In this document: one piece after another, positions 1-7,764 of the stretch
Layout of the letters: the number at the start of each line of letters is the position of its first letter
How positions within the stretch are numbered: position 1 is the first letter of the stretch
Assembly: GCA_964433865.1 (NCBI GenBank)
Contig: CAYSUC010000001.1
Span: 1-55,766 of the forward strand
Length of the DNA: 55,766 nucleotides
Reading direction: 5' to 3'
From: an uncultured Planctomycetaceae bacterium
Lineage (GTDB): Bacteria; Planctomycetota; Planctomycetia; Pirellulales; PNKZ01
Notes under the pieces: model-generated
What the model was told of the DNA's origin: nothing
Database searches by the model: none
The model's input: the letters and a program-made list of their open reading frames with translations, nothing else
Translations under genes and position numbers: made by a program

Positions 1-210
1 GAGGCGAAGTTCTTCGCCTCGAACGCCGCCTGGGATGCGGCCGATCGGGCCGTGCAGATCTACGGCGGTCGCGGCTGGAGCGAACTGTACCGCGTGGGCC
101 GGCACCTGCAAGACGTGCGGGTCTGCCGCATCTACGAGGGGACCGACGAGATCATGCAATTGAAGATCGCGTCGGCGTTGCTCGGCAAAGACTTCGCGGC
201 CTTCGGCTGA
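1..210 (+). CDS. acyl-CoA dehydrogenase, C-terminal fragment (5' end outside window)
   Basis: Frame +1 is open from the window edge. The translation EAKFFASNAAWDAADRAVQIYGGRGW...RIYEGTDEIMQLKIASALLGKDFAAFG ends at TGA 208-210. The IYEGT-EI helix motif is typical of ACAD C-termini. Confidence 0.75.
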   Translation, partial: EAKFFASNAAWDAADRAVQIYGGRGWSELYRVGRHLQDVRVCRIYEGTDEIMQLKIASALLGKDFAAFG

Positions 211-243
211 CGCGCCCGCCTCGCGAAGACCGGTCGGTCGACG

Positions 244-1413
244 TTACTCGGCAGCGGCGTCTTCCAAGGTCGCCGACGGGGCCGCGGTCGGCACGCGCGG
301 CGGACCGGCCCGTCGCGCGCGTTTCCACTGCCGCAACCTTCGCAGCGCCGCGAATCGTAGCTCGCTCGATCGCCGCGGTGCTGCGACGCTCACGTGTTCG
401 GTCGGCGTCGGCAGGGCCCGCCAGTGCGCCTTGTACGGCTCGTCGCCGCGCAGCAGGTCGTAGCAGTCGAGGCCTTCGGCGATGGCGCGGCGCACGACGC
501 CGACGTTCGCCAAACGCCCCGGTTCGAGATCGAGCCGGTCGGGATCGATTCCCGCCTGATAGCCGTAGAGCGTCCGGCCGCCGACGAGTTGATACTCGGC
601 GGCGATCGGCGTCCCGTCGACTTCCAGATAGTGCAGACGCAGCCGCCCTTGGTCGAGCAGTCGCTCGGCAACCTCGCTGTGGAACGCCGCGAACCGCGGC
701 GAGGCGAAGCAGCCCGGCTCGCCGAGACTGCGCCGTCGCCGCTGATGCAGGTCGATCAGGATCGCCCAAGCGGGCTCGAACTCGTCGGGCGTGACGACCG
801 TGTGCCACGCGGCCCGCGGCGTGTCGAGCACGCGCTTGGCCAATTGCCGTTGTTCTTTGCGGTGCGATTTCGAGAGATGCGCGAGGTACGTCTCGTAGTC
901 GCCGGGCAGCGGCAATCGCCAGCAGTTGGGGCCGGGCCGGCGATCGACGACGACGTCGCGTCGCTCGAACGCGGCGGTCAGGGCCCGTAGCGGCCCGTCG
1001 TCCGCCGGCAGGCAGTCGAGTTCCAAGCGATCCCACCGCGAGCGGGCCGGGCCGCAGAGAAACTCGACGATCGCCGCGACCATCGCATCGCGCTCGACTT
1101 CCTCGCCGAGCAACGTCAGGTAGTCGGAACAGACCTCGCCGGTGCCGAGAAATCGCAGCGTTCGTCCTTGCCACAAGCTCCGTTCGCAATACCACGGCGC
1201 CAAGCCGACGGGCCGGCCGTCGCGCTCGACGACGAGCGCAAACAGCCGCGGCCGCGCCACGCCGCGGCGACCGGCATCGCCGTAATGTCGCCACCACGTG
1301 AGCAGCCACACGGGGCTGCGGAACGGAACGTCGCCGGCCCACGATTCCCAAACGGGACCGAGGTCGACCAAATCGGAAAACTTCTCGACGAGTCGGACGG
1401 AAAGCGGGCTCAT
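244..1413 (-). CDS. CelD/BioF2-like GNAT (FemAB-fold) acetyltransferase
   Basis: ATG at 1413; the track start at 1446 is a TTG. The C-terminal half reads ..YGYQAGIDPDRLDLEPGRLANVGVVRRAIAEGLDCYDLLRGDEPYKAHW, the hallmark block of the cellulose-biosynthesis CelD-like acetyltransferase family. Confidence 0.7.
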   Translation of the reverse strand: MSPLSVRLVEKFSDLVDLGPVWESWAGDVPFRSPVWLLTWWRHYGDAGRRGVARPRLFALVVERDGRPVGLAPWYCERSLWQGRTLRFLGTGEVCSDYLTLLGEEVERDAMVAAIVEFLCGPARSRWDRLELDCLPADDGPLRALTAAFERRDVVVDRRPGPNCWRLPLPGDYETYLAHLSKSHRKEQRQLAKRVLDTPRAAWHTVVTPDEFEPAWAILIDLHQRRRRSLGEPGCFASPRFAAFHSEVAERLLDQGRLRLHYLEVDGTPIAAEYQLVGGRTLYGYQAGIDPDRLDLEPGRLANVGVVRRAIAEGLDCYDLLRGDEPYKAHWRALPTPTEHVSVAAPRRSSELRFAALRRLRQWKRARRAGPPRVPTAAPSATLEDAAAE

Positions 1414-1590
1414 ACCGGAGTTTCGCTCATGCCGGAAGGAATGCAAATCGGCCGCGGGTGCCGCCGACGGGGACCTCGTCCGGTCGTCGCGATCGTCACA
1501 TTCGGAACTCGCCGCGCCACGGGCGACCTATGCTTTCCGGTGGTCGTGCCGCGCCCCTCGTGTCCGCCTTTTCGATCGTCCGCTTTCGCC

Positions 1591-3021
1591 ATGAACGAAC
1601 TCGTCGCTCCGGCGCTGCTCGTCGGCCTCGTTTGGGGCGCGGTGTTCGTGTTGCGCGGATCGATCGTCGTCGGCGGGTTGTCGGTGCTGCTGGCGTCGTG
1701 TTGCTTCGGCTACTTCTTCGTCCACTTCGCGCTCGGCCCGCTGCCGATGACGATCGATCGGCTGCTGCTCGGGCTGCTGATCGCCGCCTACGTCGTGCAG
1801 CGCGCGCTGCGGCGGACCGAGCCGAAACCGATGCACGCGGCCGACTGGCTGACCGCGGCGCTGGTCGGCTACTTGCTCTTGAACATGCTGTCGAGCGATT
1901 GGCGGACCGTTCAGAAGGGAGACATCTCGCCGTTGTGGCGCTGGTTCGGCGGTTACTGCGCGCCGCTGGTGCTGTACTGGGGAGCGAAGCAGGCGCCCTG
2001 GACCGAGCGGACGTCGAACCTCGTGCTGACGTGCCTCACCGCGTTCGGTCTGTATCTGGCCGTCACCGCACTCTGCGAGATCGCGCATCTGTGGGCCTTC
2101 GTCTTCCCGTCGTACATCGCCGATCCGAAGGTCGGGCTGCACTTCGGACGGGCCCGGGGACCGATGGTTCACGGCGTCAGTTACGGTCATTATCAGGGCG
2201 TGTGTTTGCTGGCCGCGTGGCTCGCGGCTTGGCGACTACGCGGAGTCGCGCGGGCCTCGATCGTCGGCCTGTTGCCCTTGTTCGCCGCGGGGGTGTACTT
2301 CAGCTACACGCGCAGCGTGTGGATGGGGGCGGGTTTGGGGCTGTGCACGCTCTTCTGCACCACGCTCCGCGGACGCACGCGCAGTCTCGTGCTCGGCGGC
2401 GTGGCGGCCGCGGCGCTGGTCGTCGGCGCGACGCAGATGGAAAAGATCGTCGGCTTCCAACGCGAGCAATCGGCCGCCGACACCGCCGACTCGGCCAACC
2501 TCCGCGTCAGTTTCGCCTACGTCTCGTGGCTGATGTTTCAAGACCGACCGCTGGTGGGCTTCGGCTTCGGACGGTTTCCCGGCGACAAACTGCCGTACCT
2601 CGCCGATCGGTCGTCGGAACTGCATCTCGAAGCGCTCCGCCCGTACGTGCATCACAATACGTTCCTCAGCCTGCTCGTCGACACCGGCCTCGTCGGCCTG
2701 GGATTGTTTCTGGCGATGCTCGGGGCCTGGATCGCGCAGGCCTGGCGAACCTACGCGGCGGCCGGCGCGCCCGATTGGGCCCGACGTCAAGCGATCTTGC
2801 TGCTCGGCGCCGTCGGCGTGTACGCCCCGCAACTGCTGTTTCACGAGTTGAGCTATACGCTGGTCGACAACGCGCTGGTGTTCTTTCTGGCCGGCGCCTC
2901 CTCGGCCGCGGCCGCCGGCCGATCGGCGATGGTCCGTCCCGGGCGAGCCGAAGTCGTAAGTCCCCGGAGCGTCGAAGCGTCGTACGCGGTTCGAGCCGCG
3001 ACCGTTCTCGCACCCACGTAG
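1591..3021 (+). CDS. O-antigen ligase / Wzy_C family polytopic membrane protein
   Basis: ATG 1591 gives MNELVAPALLVGLVW.. There are many hydrophobic helices, and the block FSYTRSVWMGAGLGL followed by a large loop is typical of WaaL/ExoQ-like proteins. The track start at 1168 overlaps the divergent gene, so it is unlikely. Confidence 0.7.
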   Translation: MNELVAPALLVGLVWGAVFVLRGSIVVGGLSVLLASCCFGYFFVHFALGPLPMTIDRLLLGLLIAAYVVQRALRRTEPKPMHAADWLTAALVGYLLLNMLSSDWRTVQKGDISPLWRWFGGYCAPLVLYWGAKQAPWTERTSNLVLTCLTAFGLYLAVTALCEIAHLWAFVFPSYIADPKVGLHFGRARGPMVHGVSYGHYQGVCLLAAWLAAWRLRGVARASIVGLLPLFAAGVYFSYTRSVWMGAGLGLCTLFCTTLRGRTRSLVLGGVAAAALVVGATQMEKIVGFQREQSAADTADSANLRVSFAYVSWLMFQDRPLVGFGFGRFPGDKLPYLADRSSELHLEALRPYVHHNTFLSLLVDTGLVGLGLFLAMLGAWIAQAWRTYAAAGAPDWARRQAILLLGAVGVYAPQLLFHELSYTLVDNALVFFLAGASSAAAAGRSAMVRPGRAEVVSPRSVEASYAVRAATVLAPT

Positions 3022-3042
3022 GGCTTCGCCACGGCACACGAC

Positions 3043-3102
3043 GGGAGGGCGAAGCTCCGCTGAGGCGGCGTCGGATCGGCTCGGCCGGAGCTTCGCCCTC
3101 CC
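3043..3102. repeat. REP-A palindromic intergenic element (short copy)
   Basis: Inverted repeat: gggagggcgaagctccg ... cggagcttcgccctccc. It contains ggctcggccggag, the reverse complement of the ctccggccgagcc core also seen at 19379 and 19463. Confidence 0.7.
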
Positions 3103-3151
3103 TTGGTTTCGGTTCGGCCCGCGACGCGCTCGACTTGCTATATTGCACCGC

Positions 3152-4390
3152 ATGAATCATCTGTGCATCGCTTTCGATCGGCTGCATGCGGGCTATCTGG
3201 GTTGCTTCGGCAACACCTGGATCGCGACGCCGGCCTTCGACCGCTTCGCCGCCGACGCCTTGTTGTTTCCTCAGGCGCACGTCGACGCGACCGATGCGGC
3301 CGAGGCGTACGATTCGCTGTGGCGCGGCACGCATCGTCTGGAACGTTTGCTGCGGCCGCACGATCCGTCTCGGCCCACGCTCGCCGAGGCGGCCCGGGCG
3401 GCGGGATTGCACACGTTGCTGGTGACCGACGATCCGTCGGTCGGCGGCCATGCGGCCGGCGCGGCGTTCGACGACGCGCTGATTCTCGAAGCGCCGGAAG
3501 ACGAAGTCGCGGCGGCCGCAGGCGTCGACGAGACGCACACGGCGCGGTTCTTCGCCGCCGCGATCGACCGGCTGGGCGACGTTCCGGAACCGTTCTTCGC
3601 TTGGATCCATGCGCGGTCGTTGGCCGGCGCGTGGGACGCCCCGTCGGAGTTTCGCGATCGGTACGTGGAAGAAGACGATCCGCCGGCGCCGACGTTCACG
3701 CGGCTCGAACGGCGCGAGTTGCCGGCCGACGTCGACCTCGACGAGCGCTTCGGCCTGTCGCAGGCGTACGCCGCGCAGGTCGCGCTGCTCGACGTTTGCC
3801 TGGGCGGCTTGCTCGAACATCTCGACGAGCGCGGACTCGACGAGCGGACGAACGTCGGCCTGCTGTCGATTCGCGGACTGGCGCTGGGCGAACACTCGGC
3901 CGTGGGTCCGTGGGACGATCGTCTACATGCCGAGACGGTCCGCGTGCCGTGGCTGTTGCGGCCCGCCGATCGTCGCATCGCCCGCTGTCGCTCGCAGGCG
4001 CTCGTGCAACCGGCCGATTGGTACGCCGCGTGGATCGAACTCGTGAGCGGCCGGGCCGACCCGGGTCGATATTGGAGTCGGAGCGTGCTGCCGGCGACGA
4101 CCGGCGCGACTTCGCAACGACGCGATCGGGCCGTCGTCGTCGGCCGCACCGAGACCGGCCTCGCCGTTCCCGGCTGGTATCTGCGCCGTTGCGGCGAGCG
4201 CGACGGCGCCGGCGACGCGCTGTACGTCAAGCCCGACGATTTTTGGGAAGCCAACGACGTCGCGGCCCGCTGCGCCGACGTCGCCGAGAACTTACGGGCG
4301 TTGGACGACGCCGTCCGCCGGGCCGTCGCCGACGGCTTCGATCCGCCGCCGCTGGCGGACGACGACGTGCTGGTGGTCGGCGCCGGCTAG
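3152..4390 (+). CDS. sulfatase-fold (alkaline-phosphatase superfamily) protein, apparently degenerate active site
   Basis: ATG 3152 (the track TTG is at 3143). Sulfatase-like blocks are present: FDRLHAGYLGCFGNTWIATPAFDRFA, PFFAWIHARS, and YAAQVALLDVCLGGLLEHLDERGLDERTNVGLLSIRGLALGEHS..ETVRVPWLLR. I could not find a C/S-x-P-x-R nucleophile motif, and the usual SDHG reads SIRG. Confidence 0.55.
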   Translation: MNHLCIAFDRLHAGYLGCFGNTWIATPAFDRFAADALLFPQAHVDATDAAEAYDSLWRGTHRLERLLRPHDPSRPTLAEAARAAGLHTLLVTDDPSVGGHAAGAAFDDALILEAPEDEVAAAAGVDETHTARFFAAAIDRLGDVPEPFFAWIHARSLAGAWDAPSEFRDRYVEEDDPPAPTFTRLERRELPADVDLDERFGLSQAYAAQVALLDVCLGGLLEHLDERGLDERTNVGLLSIRGLALGEHSAVGPWDDRLHAETVRVPWLLRPADRRIARCRSQALVQPADWYAAWIELVSGRADPGRYWSRSVLPATTGATSQRRDRAVVVGRTETGLAVPGWYLRRCGERDGAGDALYVKPDDFWEANDVAARCADVAENLRALDDAVRRAVADGFDPPPLADDDVLVVGAG

Positions 4391-4588
4391 CGCTGCGCCA
4401 CGTCGATTCGTTCGCGAAAGTTGCCGCGCTTCGCCGTCGAACCTCTTCGTACGAGAAATTCCTCAGGGAATCCTCGCACGATTCACAGGCGCCGCCCGTG
4501 GTGCGTTCGCCGGGGGTGAATATGATGGGGGCTTTCGGGCCGCGACGTTCGTGCGGCCTTCGTCGTCGCTTTCGGGAAGTCCGTCGCC

Positions 4589-5497
4589 ATGTCGTCGATC
4601 GTCGCCGAGCCTCGGTTCGTGAACTCCGTCGCGGTGCGTCGCGATTTGCTGCGCCGCTTCATGGCCGATGCGCCGTTTCAGCCGGCTACGAATCTGTGGC
4701 GCGCGGTGGAGTTGCCGGTGTTGGCGTCGGTGTTGCCGGCGACCGGGCGCGGGCTCGACGTCGGCTGCGGCGACGGCGTGCTGACTCGGCTGCTGCGCGA
4801 CCTCGCGGGGGCCTCGTGGACGTTGGTCGGCGTCGATCCCGATCCGCATGAGACCGCCGCGGCCAAGTCGGCCGGCATCTACGCGGCCGTCCACACGACC
4901 GGCGCCGACGCCGTTGCCGAGGCCGACGCCTCGTTCGACTTCGCCTTCTCGAACAGCGTGCTGGAACACATTCCGGATCTCGCGCCGTGCTTGGTGGAAA
5001 CGGCCCGGTTGTTGAAACCCGGCGGGTCGTTTTTCGCCACGGTTCCGGCCGCCGGTTTGCACTCGCTGATGGCCGGACCCGGCTGGACGCGTCGCATTTC
5101 GCGCGAGGCGTACTTGGCGGAAACCGACCGACGGATCGCACACTTGCGTTATCCGACGGTCCACCGGTGGCGCGGCCTGTTGAACGACGCGGGCCTGGAG
5201 TTGGTCGCCGTGCGGAGTTACCTTTCGGCGCGGCAGGTGCGCCGCTGGGAGACGTGGGCCAACTGGACGGGCGGGTTGCTGTATCGGTTGCAAGGAGCGC
5301 GGCGGCCGCCGATTCAGATCCAGCGGAGCTTGGGCCTGCGCCGGGCGATGCCGCGGCCGTTTCGCTGGTTGGCGACTCCGGCGGCGTTCTTCGCCGGATC
5401 GGGCGTGTTGGCCGACGAACCCGTCGTGCCGGCCGCGGGCGAAGAATCGGCGGCCGATCGGGGCGGGGGCCTGCTGTTCGAGGCCCGCCGTCGTTAA
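4589..5497 (+). CDS. class I SAM-dependent methyltransferase
   Basis: Motif I is GLDVGCGDGVLTRLL. The blocks FDFAFSNSVLEHI and LLKPGGSFF are also present. Confidence 0.75.
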   Translation: MSSIVAEPRFVNSVAVRRDLLRRFMADAPFQPATNLWRAVELPVLASVLPATGRGLDVGCGDGVLTRLLRDLAGASWTLVGVDPDPHETAAAKSAGIYAAVHTTGADAVAEADASFDFAFSNSVLEHIPDLAPCLVETARLLKPGGSFFATVPAAGLHSLMAGPGWTRRISREAYLAETDRRIAHLRYPTVHRWRGLLNDAGLELVAVRSYLSARQVRRWETWANWTGGLLYRLQGARRPPIQIQRSLGLRRAMPRPFRWLATPAAFFAGSGVLADEPVVPAAGEESAADRGGGLLFEARRR

Positions 5498-5561
5498 CTC
5501 GCCCGTTCGACGCACGGTCTCAGGCCCCGCCGAGGCGCCCCGCGCGAGCCCGCCGCATCGC

Positions 5562-5600
5562 GATCTGCACCTGCTCGATCTGCACCTGTTCGATCGGCAG
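5562..5600. repeat. 15-nt tandem direct repeat (2.6 copies)
   Basis: The copies read gatctgcacctgctc / gatctgcacctgttc / gatcggcag. The repeat lies about 90 nt from the 3' end of the tRNA. Confidence 0.6.
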
Positions 5601-5688
5601 CCCGACGGCTGTGGGAACAGCGACACCGTGGCAAGAGCGACACATTCACAGGACTTACGAGGTCGTCGTGAGTCCTTTCGTATCAAAG

Positions 5689-5771
5689 TACCGGAGGTGG
5701 GACTTGAACCCACACTATCTTGCGATAACTGGATTTTGAGTCCAGCGCGTCTGCCATTCCGCCACTCCGGC
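5689..5771 (-). tRNA. tRNA-Leu (anticodon CAA), long variable arm, no encoded CCA
   Basis: The reverse complement is GCCGGAGTGGCGGAATGGCAGACGCGCTGGACTCAAAATCCAGTTATCGCAAGATAGTGTGGGTTCAAGTCCCACCTCCGGTA. The acceptor stem is GCCGGAG/CTCCGGT (G1-U72). The anticodon stem is CTGGA/TCCAG with loop CT-CAA-AA. The variable arm is TATC/GATA and the T arm is GTGGG-TTCAAGT-CCCAC. Confidence 0.9.
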
Positions 5772-6705
5772 GCGGGCGTTCGGTCCGGCCGGGGCGGGAC
5801 CGCACATGCGGGCGTTCCCCGCAGACTTCTTAGTCTAGCATTTTCCCGAGAATTGCAACCCGCCGCGCAGGCGATTTCCCAAGGCCGCTCAAACATTGAG
5901 GATGCCGAGTCGGTTGCCGCGAGGAGTTTCGGCTCGGAAGGCGCTTTCTCGGCGGGGCGGCAGTCGCGGCTAGGTCGAGGGTGCGGAGCAAGTTCACGAT
6001 GCCCTCGTGCAGACAACTCGGGGCTTGCGGTGCGGTTCCGCAAATGCGGCCACCGCCGTCGACCACACGCGGTTCGCCGATCGTCACCAGGGTCTCGACC
6101 TTCGCCTGACCGGCGTCGAACCGGTTCGCGTGGTCAACGAACTGCCGGCGTGACGCCGTTCGGCGCCCTGCGGCGGCTCGCGCGCCGCCGACGCCTCGGC
6201 CGATTCCGTTGCAACGAATTAACGTGTTTATCCATCAAGAGTTAATTCATTGCATTGCATTGCATACACACCCCGGATCGCCGGCCCGACCGCGCCGGCC
6301 GCGGCTTGGGTAGTCGCCGCAATCGACGATCGGCTAGGGCTTTACAACGCCGGCCGAAAATCGCTTTGACAAATCCCCCCGGGCGCGGCACACTCCCCCT
6401 TCGCACGGCGGCGGTTTCCGAATCGAGTGTATTTCACCGCGACTCGCGGAGTTCTCGATTCGCAAATCCGCGGCGCGCCGCCGGCGCCAGAAGGTCTTCG
6501 TTCGCCCGACGGGGGTTTTCCATGAATCGCTTGACGACGTTTCTCGATCGCTACTTCGCCGTTTCGCCACAAGCCTTCCACTTGCGAGCCCGCTCTCGGC
6601 GATTCACCCTCTCTCAGGCTCCAATCGCTACTCTGCGAGGATCGAGCCCGATCTTGGCGATCATCCGCGCTTCGGTCCTACATCCATCGAAGGGAACACA
6701 GTTCC

Positions 6706-7518
6706 ATGCGCGACTGCTCCTTAGATTTGCTGCGATCTTACGGTGATTCCGTCGAATCTGCGGGAAAGCGTACCCGTGGAACTGTGTTGATTCTTACCGT
6801 GGCGTGCGTGCTCGGGTTGGCCGGGTTTCTGAATTCGTTCAAGCACGGCTGGATGCGACAGCGCATCGCCGCGGTTACGAATAAATCGAGTGACTATGTC
6901 AGCACGACACTCAAACTCGATCCTAGTGGATCCCCGAGAAATAGCGAAGAATACAAGGCCTTCGTCCAGAGCATCATCCGATCGTATGTCGAAAACTCGT
7001 TTTCGATTACGGTGCCGTTTTTCGGAGCGACTTTCGACGTGAACGACCTCGGACTGCTGGTGGGGATCGGTTTGACGATCATCTTGCTGATGCTGTGGTA
7101 TGGCTTGAAGTCGGAGAGAAGAGCGCTGGTCCTCGGATTCAGATACGCCAAACGGCACGATCTACTCGAGCCGTTTTACGCGATTCAAGCGGGCCGGCAA
7201 GTATTGGTCACGCCTCCGATCCAAGGCCGAACGAAACATGGTCCGACCAAGCTGGTGGCGATCGTTGCGAGGTTCTTTATCCAACTATTTCCCGCAATGG
7301 TGTACACGCTGATCGCGGTCAACGATTTTTATACGTCCGATATCGGCAATGCGATCAGTCCGACGCATACGAAAATCGTGATCGCCTACACTGCCGTGCT
7401 CTGGGTGGCGATTATTTGGGTCGGCCTACTCTGCTGGATGGAATGGCTGGCGATCGATCGAATTTGGGAAAAGCGCAACCCGTGGCCTGCTGAACGCGAT
7501 GACGAAGACGATGCTTGA
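6706..7518 (+). CDS. hypothetical 4-TM membrane protein (low-GC island)
   Basis: ATG 6706 is preceded by gaagggaa. There are four hydrophobic segments: VLILTVACVLGLAGFL, LLVGIGLTIILLMLWYGL, FFIQLFPAMVYTLIAV and IAYTAVLWVAIIWVGLLCW, plus an acidic tail. GC is about 52% by hand count. No family recognised. Confidence 0.6.
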   Translation: MRDCSLDLLRSYGDSVESAGKRTRGTVLILTVACVLGLAGFLNSFKHGWMRQRIAAVTNKSSDYVSTTLKLDPSGSPRNSEEYKAFVQSIIRSYVENSFSITVPFFGATFDVNDLGLLVGIGLTIILLMLWYGLKSERRALVLGFRYAKRHDLLEPFYAIQAGRQVLVTPPIQGRTKHGPTKLVAIVARFFIQLFPAMVYTLIAVNDFYTSDIGNAISPTHTKIVIAYTAVLWVAIIWVGLLCWMEWLAIDRIWEKRNPWPAERDDEDDA

Positions 7519-7764
7519 GTATTCGAAGTGTGAGGAGGAGCCACCGCCGCGGGGGCGATTCGGGTCACGGTCGAGCCGGCCTCTAACCGCAGTCCCGACG
7601 CCGTCGACGACGACTACGAACTGACGATCGGCCACGACGACGCGAGGGGCTACGTCGATTGGGGTTGGCTCCGCGACCAGTTCGTTCTGAGCAACGATAC
7701 CGACCCGGACGCGGGACAGACGCTGTCGGTAAGCCGGTGGGACGCGCCGACGTACGGCGAGTGG

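Noticed and set aside
5832-5858. A sigma-70-like promoter for tRNA-Leu (minus-strand TTGCAA ... TAGACT).
   Set aside because: The spacer is only 15 nt and the -10 is weak. It is plausible but not supportable without transcription-start-site data.
4463-6043. A 526-aa minus-strand ORF spanning the methyltransferase gene and the tRNA.
   Set aside because: It overlaps a well-supported plus-strand methyltransferase and runs straight through tRNA-Leu. Its composition is Arg/Pro-rich shadow.
5830-6087. An 85-aa minus-strand ORF next to the tRNA.
   Set aside because: The frame is open further upstream without a sensible start. There is no RBS or recognisable family, and the C-terminal half is Arg/Pro-rich. 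At best it is a gene remnant, as noted in the findings.
6218-6265. A DnaA-box-like gtttatccatc and a (cattg)3 microsatellite in the AT-rich patch.
   Set aside because: The box is a single 7-of-9 match far from dnaA. The microsatellite is only three units. I treat both as part of the compositional junction, not as an origin or phase-variation tract.
5500-6700. Integrase, att duplication or IS ends defining a classical tRNA-linked genomic island.
   Set aside because: There is no integrase- or transposase-like translation in any frame, no second copy of the tRNA 3' end, and no terminal inverted repeats shared between about 6.2 kb and 15.5 kb. The island call therefore rests on composition and gene content only.
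6255-6746. A 163-aa plus-strand ORF, and the nested 74-aa ATG-6522 ORF, ahead of the island operon.
   Set aside because: The translation is Arg-rich and low-complexity, and it overlaps the better-supported 6706 start. Nothing beyond an open frame supports it.
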